DNA of 64,000 nt. Source: Candidatus Cloacimonadales bacterium. GTDB taxonomy: Bacteria > Cloacimonadota > Cloacimonadia > Cloacimonadales > JAFGVF01. The notes below the pieces were generated by a model that was not told the origin of the DNA, did not search any database, and saw only the letters and a program-made list of their open reading frames with translations. Shown piece after piece: positions 9,565-20,300 of this stretch. The stretch lies in assembly GCA_963662585.1 (NCBI GenBank), contig OY759729.1, positions 96,001 to 160,000 on the forward strand, written 5' to 3'. Position 1 is the first letter of the stretch. The number at the start of each line of letters is the position of its first letter. A program made the position numbers and the translations under genes.

Positions 9565-11619
9565 TTATTCTTGTTCTTGATGAGCTTCAGCAATTATTTT
9601 TGTCGCTTCATCAGAAGGTACTTTCTCATAATGAGAGAATGATTGAGTGAATTTTCCTCTACCTTGAGTTAGAGATTTAAGTGTTGGGAAGTACTTATAA
9701 ACTTCAGCAAGAGGAAGCTCAGAAGTAAGAATTTGTTTTCTTCCTTCTTGCTCCATACCCACAATTTTACCTCTACGAGTTGAAATATCACCCATAACAT
9801 CACCCATATATTCTGTAGGTATCTCTATTTTTAGAGTATGAATAGGCTCTAAAAGAATAGGATTACATTTGCTAAAGCCATTTTTCAACGCCATTGTTGA
9901 AGCTAATTTAAAGGCCATTTCTGAAGAGTCAACATCATGATAAGAACCATAGTATAAGTCACAATAGATATCAACAACAGGATAACCTGCGATAATACCA
10001 GCAAGCATAGTTTCATTAATACCTTTTTCAACAGCAGGGATATAGCCTGAAGGGATAGTTCCACCAACTACTGAATTAATGAATTCATATCCTTCACCTC
10101 TCTCCTTAGGTCCAATTCTCATGAATACATGACCATACTGACCTTTACCACCTGATTGTTTTTTATGTTTATATTCAACATCAGTTTTACCAGTAATAGT
10201 CTCACGATAAGGTATTCTTGGAGCTTTTAGAATAGCATTAACTTTATAACGATTTCTTAATTTCTTTTGAAGTAAAACAAGTTGCTGTTCGCTTGTTCCT
10301 GAAATTATGTTTTCATGTGTTTCAGGATTGATTTTTAAGTTAATAGTAGGATCTTCATTCATTAACCTCTGAATTGCAACACCAATTTTATCTTCATCAT
10401 TTTGTGATTCACCCATGATAGATTTCCACATAACCGCATCAGGGAATACAACAGGTTTGCATTTTACATTAGAACCGATCTCAACAATAGAGTCCATTGA
10501 TCTAGCATATTTAAGCTTCACTAAAGCTCCAATTTCACCAGCTTTAATTTCACCAGCATCTACTCTATTCTTTCCTTGAGCATAGTAAATATTACCAATT
10601 TTATCTTTATTATCCTTTTCTGGGATAAAGACATCTGTTCCAGAAACCATTGAACCAGAGTATAATCTAAAGTAAGCAATATCACCCATAGTTGGATCTG
10701 CGTAATTTTTAAAAATAAAACCTAAAATTTTACCGTCTGGTGAGCAGATAAAATCTTTTTCTTCATCATTGTCAAGAACACTTAAGGTAGAACAATCAGC
10801 AGGACTTGGAAGATATTCAATGATTGCTTCAAGCAGACTATTTAAACCAACCTGGCTACTTGCTGAAACTGCAAAAGCAGGCATAATTGAGCCAGAAGCA
10901 ATAGCTTTCTTAGCACCGATAGCCATTTCCTCGTGAGTCAACTCACCAGCTTCAAAGAATTTTTCTAAAAGTTCTTCATCTGACTCAGCTACAGCTTCCA
11001 TTAAACCCATTCTTTTTTCTTCAACATCATCAGCCATATCAGCAGGGACATCTGTTAATTTACCATCGATATAAGCTTTATTCCTTAGGATGTCAACAAC
11101 ACCCTTGAATTCACTTTCACTTCCAATAGGAATAATAAATGGAGTTGCGTTTATGCCAATATTTTCTGATATAGTTTCAATTATTTTGTTGAAATCTGAA
11201 TGTTCTTGATCTAGTTTATTGATAATTAAAGCTCTACTTTTATTTGAATTACCAAGTTGTTCTAAAGCTTTTTCTAAACCAACTTCAAAACCACCTGCAC
11301 CATTAGCAACAACGCAAACAGTTTCTACAGCTGGGAATACTGATAATTGGTCACCAATATAATCAGGTGTTCCCGGAGCATCAATGATATTAATCCTATT
11401 ATTTTTATAGTCGATGAAACCACAGCTTAATGAGAGTGAATTTTTTTTATCAATCTCTTCCGGGTCGAAGTCCATGACAGTATTTCCATCATCAACTTTT
11501 CCAATACGAGTAATCATTTTAGTAGTATATAATAAGTTTTCTGCGAGGGTGGTTTTACCAGCTCCACTTGAACCTAAAAAGGCTATATTTCGAATGTTTT
11601 TCATGTCATAATTCTTCAT
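9565..11619 (-). CDS. fusA2: Elongation factor G-like paralogue (EF-G2/FusA2)
   Basis: EF-G length with HKKQSGGKGQYGH, YHDVDSSEMAF and LLEPI motifs, but divergent G motifs (GSSGAGKTT, DAPGT, NKLD). Confidence 0.9.
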   Translation of the reverse strand: MKNYDMKNIRNIAFLGSSGAGKTTLAENLLYTTKMITRIGKVDDGNTVMDFDPEEIDKKNSLSLSCGFIDYKNNRINIIDAPGTPDYIGDQLSVFPAVETVCVVANGAGGFEVGLEKALEQLGNSNKSRALIINKLDQEHSDFNKIIETISENIGINATPFIIPIGSESEFKGVVDILRNKAYIDGKLTDVPADMADDVEEKRMGLMEAVAESDEELLEKFFEAGELTHEEMAIGAKKAIASGSIMPAFAVSASSQVGLNSLLEAIIEYLPSPADCSTLSVLDNDEEKDFICSPDGKILGFIFKNYADPTMGDIAYFRLYSGSMVSGTDVFIPEKDNKDKIGNIYYAQGKNRVDAGEIKAGEIGALVKLKYARSMDSIVEIGSNVKCKPVVFPDAVMWKSIMGESQNDEDKIGVAIQRLMNEDPTINLKINPETHENIISGTSEQQLVLLQKKLRNRYKVNAILKAPRIPYRETITGKTDVEYKHKKQSGGKGQYGHVFMRIGPKERGEGYEFINSVVGGTIPSGYIPAVEKGINETMLAGIIAGYPVVDIYCDLYYGSYHDVDSSEMAFKLASTMALKNGFSKCNPILLEPIHTLKIEIPTEYMGDVMGDISTRRGKIVGMEQEGRKQILTSELPLAEVYKYFPTLKSLTQGRGKFTQSFSHYEKVPSDEATKIIAEAHQEQE

Positions 11620-11770
11620 TAATTTTCCCCCGTTTATGGATTTTTCAATATAAATACCATTTACAACTTTATTTTAATAGATGTCAAGAAAATATTATTT
11701 TTTTTTATGGTACTTAATTAATTTTAATTTATTTAATCTTCTTAAATTACTGATTAAATCCTTATTTTAG

Positions 11771-12247
11771 TTAATTAATAATTAGTTTAATATCTTCAAT
11801 TAACTTGTCGACTTTATCATTATTTTCTATAGGTGCATGAATATCTCTTCGTAAGATGATTTGATTATCAGGAAGAGCTTCAATAAAATTTTCTAAAGTC
11901 TTACCAGGTCCTCCCCTATGTGTACAAGTTAATACTATTTTCTTGTTAGATATTGTATTATCGTGTAAGAAACTTCTCAAAACTGGAGCATAAGTCCAAG
12001 CCCATACAGGTGTCCCAAAAATTATATACTCATAATCATCTAGACAAATATTATATGGCTTTAGAGCAGGAGTTTTCTTTCTTACAGATTCTTGTCCTCC
12101 TTGAAAAAGTATTTTAATACTGCTATTCGTATATTCTTTTTCAGCTTCTAGTTTCAAAATATCACAGTTAATTTCTTTTTTTAATATAGTCGCTAACTTA
12201 TCATTATCTCCTGAGTAGGAGAAATAAATAAAGATTGTTTTCTTCAT
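11771..12247 (-). CDS. Flavodoxin-like protein
   Basis: YFSYSGDN P-loop, FGTPVWAW and THRGGPG motifs. Confidence 0.85.
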   Translation of the reverse strand: MKKTIFIYFSYSGDNDKLATILKKEINCDILKLEAEKEYTNSSIKILFQGGQESVRKKTPALKPYNICLDDYEYIIFGTPVWAWTYAPVLRSFLHDNTISNKKIVLTCTHRGGPGKTLENFIEALPDNQIILRRDIHAPIENNDKVDKLIEDIKLIIN

Positions 12248-12249
12248 AG

Positions 12250-13095
12250 TTATCTTAATTTCCTTTTATAGATATAAAATTTATGGTGAGCCCAAATTCT
12301 TTTAAATAATTTGGGAGCATATTTTTCTAACCAATAGTATTGCATCATCTTATCTGCAAAAGCACTATCTTTATCTTGCCAAAAATCTAGTATAGAAAGA
12401 GACTCATGCTCTTGAGTTTTATTCTCTTTAATTAAAAATCCCAGTTTAAGTTTCTTAAGGAAATCCTCTTTAGCCATTCCTATATCGGGCCAGGGTGGGC
12501 AATCAAAGAAATCCCAAGCAACTTCTTTCCAACCGAGATTATTCATGATCGGATTAAAGTTTTTATGAATAATATTTTCTTCTTTGAGATATTTGCTAAG
12601 TTCTTCTTTACCAAAGTACTTCTGACTTAGATAGCCTAAACCGCTCCGATTCGGAACTGCGAGAATAATAATCTTATTAGTTACTCGATCTAACTCTGTT
12701 AAGAATACAGATAAATCTTCCACAAACCAAAGAGCTGAGAAATTCCAGCTAAGGTCAAAAGACTTATCAGGGAAATTTAAAATTCTATAATTTTCAACAC
12801 TTTGATATTTTAAAGGGAGCAAAGAATCTTCCCAAACTCCTTTTATAAGTTCTAGTCTTTCAGCATCATGATCAATAATAGTTACATCTATTCCAGCTTT
12901 AGCGAAACCCATAGAGTTTATGCCTGAAAGACCTGTAAAGCCAAATGAAGGAGCTTCAAGAAGAGACTTAATTTTGTACTTTGATATAACTTCCATAAGC
13001 CTATTATGAATTATTATCCTTTCATAACTTGAGCCTAAACCTTCATCAGGCTCACTAAAGTATTTTTTCCAAAAGTGAATTATAGGTATAGCCAT
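12250..13095 (-). CDS. Putative class I SAM-dependent methyltransferase
   Basis: LLEAPSFG, IIDHD, FPDKSFDLSWNF and LAVPN motifs; coupled to the epimerase stop codon. Confidence 0.65.
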   Translation of the reverse strand: MAIPIIHFWKKYFSEPDEGLGSSYERIIIHNRLMEVISKYKIKSLLEAPSFGFTGLSGINSMGFAKAGIDVTIIDHDAERLELIKGVWEDSLLPLKYQSVENYRILNFPDKSFDLSWNFSALWFVEDLSVFLTELDRVTNKIIILAVPNRSGLGYLSQKYFGKEELSKYLKEENIIHKNFNPIMNNLGWKEVAWDFFDCPPWPDIGMAKEDFLKKLKLGFLIKENKTQEHESLSILDFWQDKDSAFADKMMQYYWLEKYAPKLFKRIWAHHKFYIYKRKLR

Positions 13096-14069
13096 TATTT
13101 GTTTCCTAAATACCAGGTAATGACTTCATCAAAGTTCTCTAAAGTTTCAGTATCCTCTAAAGGTATATCTTGATAGCTTTTAGTAATATCATAGAACCAA
13201 CTTTGAGATATTAGTTCAAAACGGGAAACATAAATTTCACTTTTAAGCATCTGGGCTATTTTCTTTCCGACCGAAAAAAGATGAGCAGATACAGTCCTAT
13301 TTTTGGGATATGTATTATTATGGATATTTTGAGAAATAAACTGAACTAACTCACTTAGCAGAACTGGTGATTTATCTGCGATAATATAACTATTACCTGA
13401 ACCTACTTGATTATTAACAAAATAAGCAAAGGCGGTAGCTAAGGAGTGAACATTAGTTAAATGAATTTTGACTTTGTGATTTGTGAGAAGCATCATCTTC
13501 TTATCAACTAATTTACATAGTGTATAAGGGAAACCGTAATCACCTGCACCATAAGTTATAGCAGGCCTGATTATTACAGAGTCAAGTCCTAATTTATTTA
13601 ACTCTTCGATGATGGCTTCACTGCGTATTTTAGTAAAATGATAGTAATTATCATCTTGCCTTACAGTAGATTCATCTGCAGGTAAATGCTTAGGGATTGC
13701 CCCAAAGATTCCTACAGAAGAGCAATAGATTAACCTTATCTTTCGTTCTAAACAGTAATTACCAATAACAGCAGTAGCTTCCACATTAGCAAGATAGTAT
13801 TTATCTCTGGCATCGGGTCTTCCCCCTCTGAGCGCTCCAATATGAACAATTATATCAAAGGCATGATCATTGAGTGTTTTTTTTAAGTTATTGATATCAC
13901 ATAGATCGTTTTCAATAAAATCAACTTTATCAATAAATTCAGCGATTCTTTTTTTATCTGTATTAGGTCTAATCAAACCAACTACTTGATTCTCTGGATT
14001 CTTTAAAATTTCTTTAGCTGTTGCTTGGCCAACAAAACCACTTATACCAGTAACTAATATTTTAGGCAT
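13095..14069 (-). CDS. NAD-dependent epimerase/dehydratase (extended SDR)
   Basis: ILVTGISGFVG, HIGA, YCSS, YHFTK (YxxxK) and IRPAITYG; ATG at 14069 follows GAGGAG. Confidence 0.9.
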   Translation of the reverse strand: MPKILVTGISGFVGQATAKEILKNPENQVVGLIRPNTDKKRIAEFIDKVDFIENDLCDINNLKKTLNDHAFDIIVHIGALRGGRPDARDKYYLANVEATAVIGNYCLERKIRLIYCSSVGIFGAIPKHLPADESTVRQDDNYYHFTKIRSEAIIEELNKLGLDSVIIRPAITYGAGDYGFPYTLCKLVDKKMMLLTNHKVKIHLTNVHSLATAFAYFVNNQVGSGNSYIIADKSPVLLSELVQFISQNIHNNTYPKNRTVSAHLFSVGKKIAQMLKSEIYVSRFELISQSWFYDITKSYQDIPLEDTETLENFDEVITWYLGNK

Positions 14070-14198
14070 ATACACTCCTCAAAATCTCTAATATAATAAA
14101 TAAATAATGATAATTTTTTAGTCAAGAAAAAATAGCTTGCTTAGATAATTAATTATTTTATAATGGTACAATAAATAATGATTATTATAGGAGAATTT

Positions 14199-16154
14199 AT
14201 GTCTACTTTTCAAATAAGTCAAACTGAATTACCATTCCTCAGACTGCTTTCCGAGAAATTCCCAACAACAGCAACTGCCAGTGCAGAAATAATAAATCTT
14301 CAAGCCATCCTTAATCTTCCCAAAGGAACTGAACATTTCTTATCAGACATTCATGGTGAGTATGATTCCTTTCAACATGTAATTAGAAATGCTTCAGGAG
14401 TGATTAAAGCCAAAATTAAGAATCTCTTTGAAATAGCTCTAACTACCAAAGAAAAAGGTGAGTTGACTTTCTTAATTTATTACCCTGAAGAGATATTGAA
14501 AAGGAAGAGAAATGAGGATATTAACATCAATGACTGGTATTCTGTTACCCTCTTTAGATTAATTCAATTATGTCGAGAATCAGCCTCAAAATATACTCGT
14601 TCTAAAGTAAGAAAAGCTCTCCCTAAGGAATTCGCCTATATTATTGATGAATTACTCAACGAACAAGGTGAGAATAAGCATGAATATTATAATCAGATCA
14701 TTAAAACAATTATAGAGTTAAGAAGAGCTGAATCTTTCATTATAGAAATTTGCAAATTAATTCAGAGGTTTTCAATAGATCATTTACATATTTTAGGAGA
14801 TATTTTTGATCGTGGTTCTTCCCCGCATCTAATAATGGATTTGCTTTCTAATCATCATAGCTTTGATATTCAGTGGGGTAATCATGACATACTTTGGATG
14901 GGGGCTGCAGCTGGTTCACTTGCTTGTATAACAAACTTACTAAGAATTTCTTTCCGTTATGGTAATATTGATACTATTGAAGATGGTTATGGGATTAATC
15001 TTCGCCCACTATGGAAATTTGCCTTAGATACTTATAAGGATGACCCATGTGAAGAATTTATGCCTAAAGAAAACAATGTTTCGGAGAATGCCTGTAACTT
15101 AGCCAAAATATCAAAAGCAGTTGCTATCTTACAATTCAAACTTGAAGCTGAGTTAATCAAGCGAAGATCTGCCTTTGAAATGGATGATAGACTTCTCTTA
15201 GAAAAGATCAATTATAAAACTGGGACCATCGAATTAGATGGAAAAGAGTATACATTATCAAGTTGCAACTTCCCCACAATAGATCCAAAAAATCCTAATG
15301 CTTTATCTAAGGATGAAAAAGCTATTGTTAAACAACTCAAGGAGACTTTTACCTCTAACGAAAAGTTGAAAAGACATGTTCAGCTCCTCTATTCGAAAGG
15401 TTCACTCTACAAAGTACATAATAATAATCTACTTTTCCATGGTTGCATTCTTTTAAACAAAGATGCTTCTCTTAAAAAACTCTCTATCCAAGGAAAAGAG
15501 TACACAGGTAAGAAGTTGATGGATAAGTTTGATAGGATTGTCCGTCAAGGCTATATGAGCAAAGATATTGTAGCCAAGAAATATGGAGAAGATATTATGT
15601 GGTATTTATGGTCTGGAATAGATTCTCCTCTTTTCGGAAAGAAGAAAATGGCTACTTTTGAAAGGCTATTCATTAAGGATAAAGAGACACATATAGAAGA
15701 GAAAAATCCTTATTATGAATATCGTAATGATGAAAAAACATGTAGAACAATTCTAGAAGAATTTGGTTTAAACCCCGACCAGTCGCATATTTTTAATGGT
15801 CATGTACCAGTTAAGACCTCAAAAGGTGAATCTCCTGTCAAGGCTAATGGACGCCTAATAGTTATTGATGGAGGTTTCTCAAGAGCTTATCAAAAAGTAA
15901 CTGGTATTGCTGGCTACACTTTAATAGCCAACTCTCATGGATTAACTCTTACTGCTCATCAACCTTTTGTTTCCAAGAATGAAGCTATAGAAGAGCAGAT
16001 TGATATTGTATCCCAAAGATCAATTTTAGAGACCTCTCATGAAAGGATTAGAGTAAAAGATACTGATACAGGTAAAATACTTAAACAACAAATAACAGAT
16101 CTTAAAAAATTACTTTATGCCTACTCACATGGTGATATCAAAGAAACAATCTAA
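14199..16154 (+). CDS. fbp: Fructose-1,6-bisphosphatase class 3 (Firmicutes type)
   Basis: ILNLPKGTEHFLSDIHGE, KYTRSKVRKALP, GDIFDRG, QWGNHD, NGHVPVK and VIDGGFSRAY; start placed after AGGAG. Confidence 0.95.
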   Translation: MSTFQISQTELPFLRLLSEKFPTTATASAEIINLQAILNLPKGTEHFLSDIHGEYDSFQHVIRNASGVIKAKIKNLFEIALTTKEKGELTFLIYYPEEILKRKRNEDININDWYSVTLFRLIQLCRESASKYTRSKVRKALPKEFAYIIDELLNEQGENKHEYYNQIIKTIIELRRAESFIIEICKLIQRFSIDHLHILGDIFDRGSSPHLIMDLLSNHHSFDIQWGNHDILWMGAAAGSLACITNLLRISFRYGNIDTIEDGYGINLRPLWKFALDTYKDDPCEEFMPKENNVSENACNLAKISKAVAILQFKLEAELIKRRSAFEMDDRLLLEKINYKTGTIELDGKEYTLSSCNFPTIDPKNPNALSKDEKAIVKQLKETFTSNEKLKRHVQLLYSKGSLYKVHNNNLLFHGCILLNKDASLKKLSIQGKEYTGKKLMDKFDRIVRQGYMSKDIVAKKYGEDIMWYLWSGIDSPLFGKKKMATFERLFIKDKETHIEEKNPYYEYRNDEKTCRTILEEFGLNPDQSHIFNGHVPVKTSKGESPVKANGRLIVIDGGFSRAYQKVTGIAGYTLIANSHGLTLTAHQPFVSKNEAIEEQIDIVSQRSILETSHERIRVKDTDTGKILKQQITDLKKLLYAYSHGDIKETI

Positions 16155-16241
16155 TTCAGTAACCAAATATTATTAGCGATTTCATTTAATAAATCGACTA
16201 AAAGCTAAAATCTTGCATTATGCTTAATTAAAGGAGATAAC

Positions 16242-17084
16242 ATGTCTGGAATAATATTTTTTAAAACTCAGTCATTAGATATTATCCATCATTTCTATCA
16301 TCATACTATGGAAATGGAACTTTGGCTTGAACAAGCTAATTGCAATATCTATAAAAAAGGTAATCTTTTGTTAGGATTTATGGAAGCAGAACTTGCAGAA
16401 ACTGCTGGTATTATTACTATTTTCAATCAAGATAGGTCAGTTATTGAAAGAGCCTACAAAAAATATGAAAGTTTAGTAACTCAAGATTTGAGAATTAATA
16501 AGAAATTTAATATTTATCACTTTTACATCTGTGATCCCGAAGGTAGAAAAATAGAGTTTCAGACTTTTCTTCATCCTCTTTTAGCTTATACCTCACTTGA
16601 TGAGACTTTAATCAAACGAAGATCTATTAGAAACTTTCAGGATAAACCTATTAAACCTAAAGTGTTAAATAGCATTTTTAACCTCTGTCGATATAGTCCT
16701 ACATCCAGAAATAGTCAGTCTTATTACTATCTTGTAATTTCAGATAAAGAAGAGTTAAAGTGGTTAGCTAATACTCGGGGGCAAGCAGGAAATCCAATTC
16801 TAAATGCTCCAATGGCAGTCTTAGTTATTAGCGATAATACCAAAACTATTAGGTTAGAACAAGATGCTGATATCGCTGCAACTTATTTTATGCTTGCAGC
16901 TCATACTTTTAATGTTGGCACTTGCTGGATTACTGATATGAATAAAGAGGAAATAAAAAAACACTTTAATATACCAGAGGGACACCACATATCTTGTGCC
17001 ATAGCAACAGGTTATCCAAATGAAGTTAAAGAAGTTCCTAACCGTAGAGAGATAACTGAATTCGTGAAATATGATAAGTTCTAA
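16242..17084 (+). CDS. Glyoxalase/VOC-domain plus nitroreductase fusion
   Basis: N-terminal ~110 aa ending YHFYICDPEGRKIEFQ; C-terminal KRRSIRNF, SPTSRNSQ, GTCWI and TGYP. Confidence 0.8.
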   Translation: MSGIIFFKTQSLDIIHHFYHHTMEMELWLEQANCNIYKKGNLLLGFMEAELAETAGIITIFNQDRSVIERAYKKYESLVTQDLRINKKFNIYHFYICDPEGRKIEFQTFLHPLLAYTSLDETLIKRRSIRNFQDKPIKPKVLNSIFNLCRYSPTSRNSQSYYYLVISDKEELKWLANTRGQAGNPILNAPMAVLVISDNTKTIRLEQDADIAATYFMLAAHTFNVGTCWITDMNKEEIKKHFNIPEGHHISCAIATGYPNEVKEVPNRREITEFVKYDKF

Positions 17085-17279
17085 AAGAAATTAGGATATA
17101 TTGCTTTTCTTCATATTTTATGATTTAAATAGCATATTACTTTCTTTTTCTGATAAATTAATTGTCAAAAAGTAGCTCGAGACTATATGATATTATAATT
17201 CTTGCAGTGCCTTAGGAATCTCCTAAAAAGTTGAATCTAGGCCTCTTACAGCTGTGATTTAAGAAGAATTGTATCAACT

Positions 17280-17314
17280 CCTGTTTTCCCCCTCACAGAG
17301 GGGGATTTTTCAGG
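17280..17314. terminator. Bidirectional terminator between convergent genes
   Basis: TCCCCCTC-ACA-GAGGGGGA stem; T run on the + strand 3' side, A/T context on the other. Confidence 0.7.
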
Positions 17315-17350
17315 TATTGTATATTCATAATTTGAACTTTCTAATTAGCT

Positions 17351-20300
17351 TTAATCATTACTTATTCTGTCTATCTGCTGTTGGGTAAATTCTGCATAAT
17401 TTATGTCATTAGCTTCTTTAAAAAGTTTAAGAGCTTCTTTCAATTTTTCCAGAGCTTTGGCATTATCAGCTAATATTTCATAAGTTATTCCCCAATTAAA
17501 GAGAGCTTTTCCTTCACCAATTTTATCTCCAATTTCATGAAGAGCATCGAATTGAATTTGATAAAATTCTAGAGCTTTGGGATAGTTTTTCTCTTCTCTA
17601 AGGATATTAGCTAAGTTACCTATAGTATGGGCTATACCTTCTCTATCGTGTAAACTTTCTTGTAGTTTTAAATTATCTTCATATATTTTTTTTGCTTCAT
17701 TAAATTTTTGTTGCTGGAAAAGAGCATCCCCTAATCCATCATTAGCATAAGCTATTCCAACTTTATCATTTATAAACAGAGCAATATCCCTAGCTTTGAT
17801 TAAATATTCAATAGCTTTACTATATTCTTGCAGAACACTATAAATATAACCTAAATTATAGAGCACTGTTTGTTCTTGCTGTTTATCGCCAATATATTTT
17901 GCTACTTGAAGACAATTATTAAGAGTAGTTAAAGCTTGATCATCAAAACCTTGGGCAAAGTAAATCATAGCAATTTCAGTATTAACTTTAGCAAATCCAT
18001 GCTTATCGCCTATCTCCTCGGCTATAGTAATTGCACTTTGGAAATATTCTAAAGCCTGCTCTTGATTACCTTTTCTTGAATGAATTATCCCTAGAGAAGT
18101 TGCTGAAATTCTTAAGTATAGTCTTTTATCATGTTCTAAGGCTATTTGATTTAGTTTGAGATAGTTCTCTTCAGAAAGAGAATATTCTGCTCTATCAAGA
18201 TAATATTGTCCAAGAATTGAATAGTAGATAATCCCAAAAGTTGCAGGTTGAGAATTTATCTCTGCAGCTAATTCATCTTTTAATTCAGTGAATAGTTCAA
18301 TAGAATTATTCATCCGAGAATAATCAAAAGATACTAATTTAATTCTAAATAAAATCTCGTCAGATTGGATTTTATTTTTAACTTCTTGATATGTTTGATT
18401 AAACAAGTCAAAATCTTTTTGAAGTTCATAAAGCCGTATTTTATAGAAGTAATAAAGGTCTAGTTGGTATGAAGTTAAAAGTTCTGGCTCAATTTGTTGA
18501 AGATATTGAGCAACTTCAGGGGCTTTATTCTGAGCAACATGTACAGAAACAAGAGACATTAATATTTCATTGCACTGTTTTACATCTCCACAAAAGTCGT
18601 AAGCTTGAGTATAATAGTAAGCACTAACTCCATAGGCAGAAAGTTCATAGTTCTTCTCAGCTGCCAAAATGCACCATTTCACAGCATTAGTTTTAGATTT
18701 AGCCATGATAAAGTGATTAGCAATAATTTCATAATAGAGGGATAAATTCTCTTGGAAATTCTTTAGATAATATTTAGCAATAATTAAGTGTAATTTTTGC
18801 TTCTCCTTCAAGAGAATAGTCCTATAAATTGCATCTCTCATCAAGGAGTTGTTAAAATAATATTCTACTTCAGGCAAGATTAATTTTTGGAAGATATGTC
18901 TATTATTTGTTAGTTTGGCTAGAACAGTTTCTATATGTTCTTGAATAAACTTGTCTGAAAAAACATCGAAGAGTTGAGCTGAAAAACTAACCCCCATAAT
19001 AGAGGCATATTTTAGTAATTGCTTAGTGTCTTCATCTAAAGTTTCAAAGTCATTTAATAGTACATTTTCAAAGGATATTGGTAATTTTCCATTTCGAATT
19101 AAATATTGAAAATCTCCTGAATCAAAAACACCTTGAGAATCACTCCAATTCTGTCTTATAATTAGACTTATTTCTTTGATATAAGCTGGGTTATTGTGAG
19201 CTAAAGCAAGAATTTCCGTGATAGCTTTATCAGAAATTGTTAGATTTTCAGATTTAAAGAACTCTTTTGCTAATGAAACTTCAAAATTCTTCATTTCAAT
19301 CTTTCTTGGAGAATAATAGACTAGTTCATTGAACATATAGTCATTGTTAGCAGTCAATATTACTTTTTTGTTTTCTGTTTGGAGTCTAGGTACAAGTTTT
19401 TTAAGTAATTCAAAAGATTGGGCATCAATCCACTGAATATTTTCGATAACAAAGACTTGATTCTCTTGATAATTCTCAAGTATAATCTCTGTTAGAATAT
19501 CATAAACAATAGAACTTTGCTTTTCTTTCACATCTTTTGAAGCATCATTGAAGTAATCATAGATAATTTCTAAATCTACTTTAACATTATTTTTCAGAAC
19601 AAAGTTTTTTATTAGGGAAAAATCTTTAACTATATTATCAATTATCAGGTATTTATTAATCATTTTATAGAAGAGATTAAATGGTTTTAGTTTCTCGAAT
19701 TCACTTAAAACAAGCAAACAAATAGATGCTCTTTCTTCTATTTTAGCTTTAAGAAATTCATGAATTAGATGAGATTTTCCACTTCCAGAAATACCAGAGA
19801 TACAGATTAATAGATTATTTTCCATCTCTTTTAATTCTTCTTTATAACCAAACAAGGGATTATTTCCAAAATTACCTTGATAAGCACTCCAGAAGTCTGA
19901 AAGTTCATTGAGAACATGATATATCTCAATTTCATCAGAAATACCTTTAACTTTCACTTTATCGATACATTCTATTTCATATCTTCCCTTGATGTGTGGA
20001 AGAATCTCAGATGAAAAAGTAAAGTCATTATCAAGAGATTCGTTCATAAGCCTAGCTGAGATATTAACACCATTACCAATTATGCCGTATTCATACCGTT
20101 TAGATGCTCCTAAGATACCGCTGTAGATGTTATTATAAGTTAACCCTATTTTAGTTTTGAGACCTGTTTGAGAAAGCTGTGATATTTTAGAAGAACATAT
20201 AAATGCTCTTTCAATATCATCATTATGCAGATAAGGTACTCCAAAAGTTATCAGAATCAAGTAACCTTTATCGGTATAATCAATCTTATTTATTGTTCCT

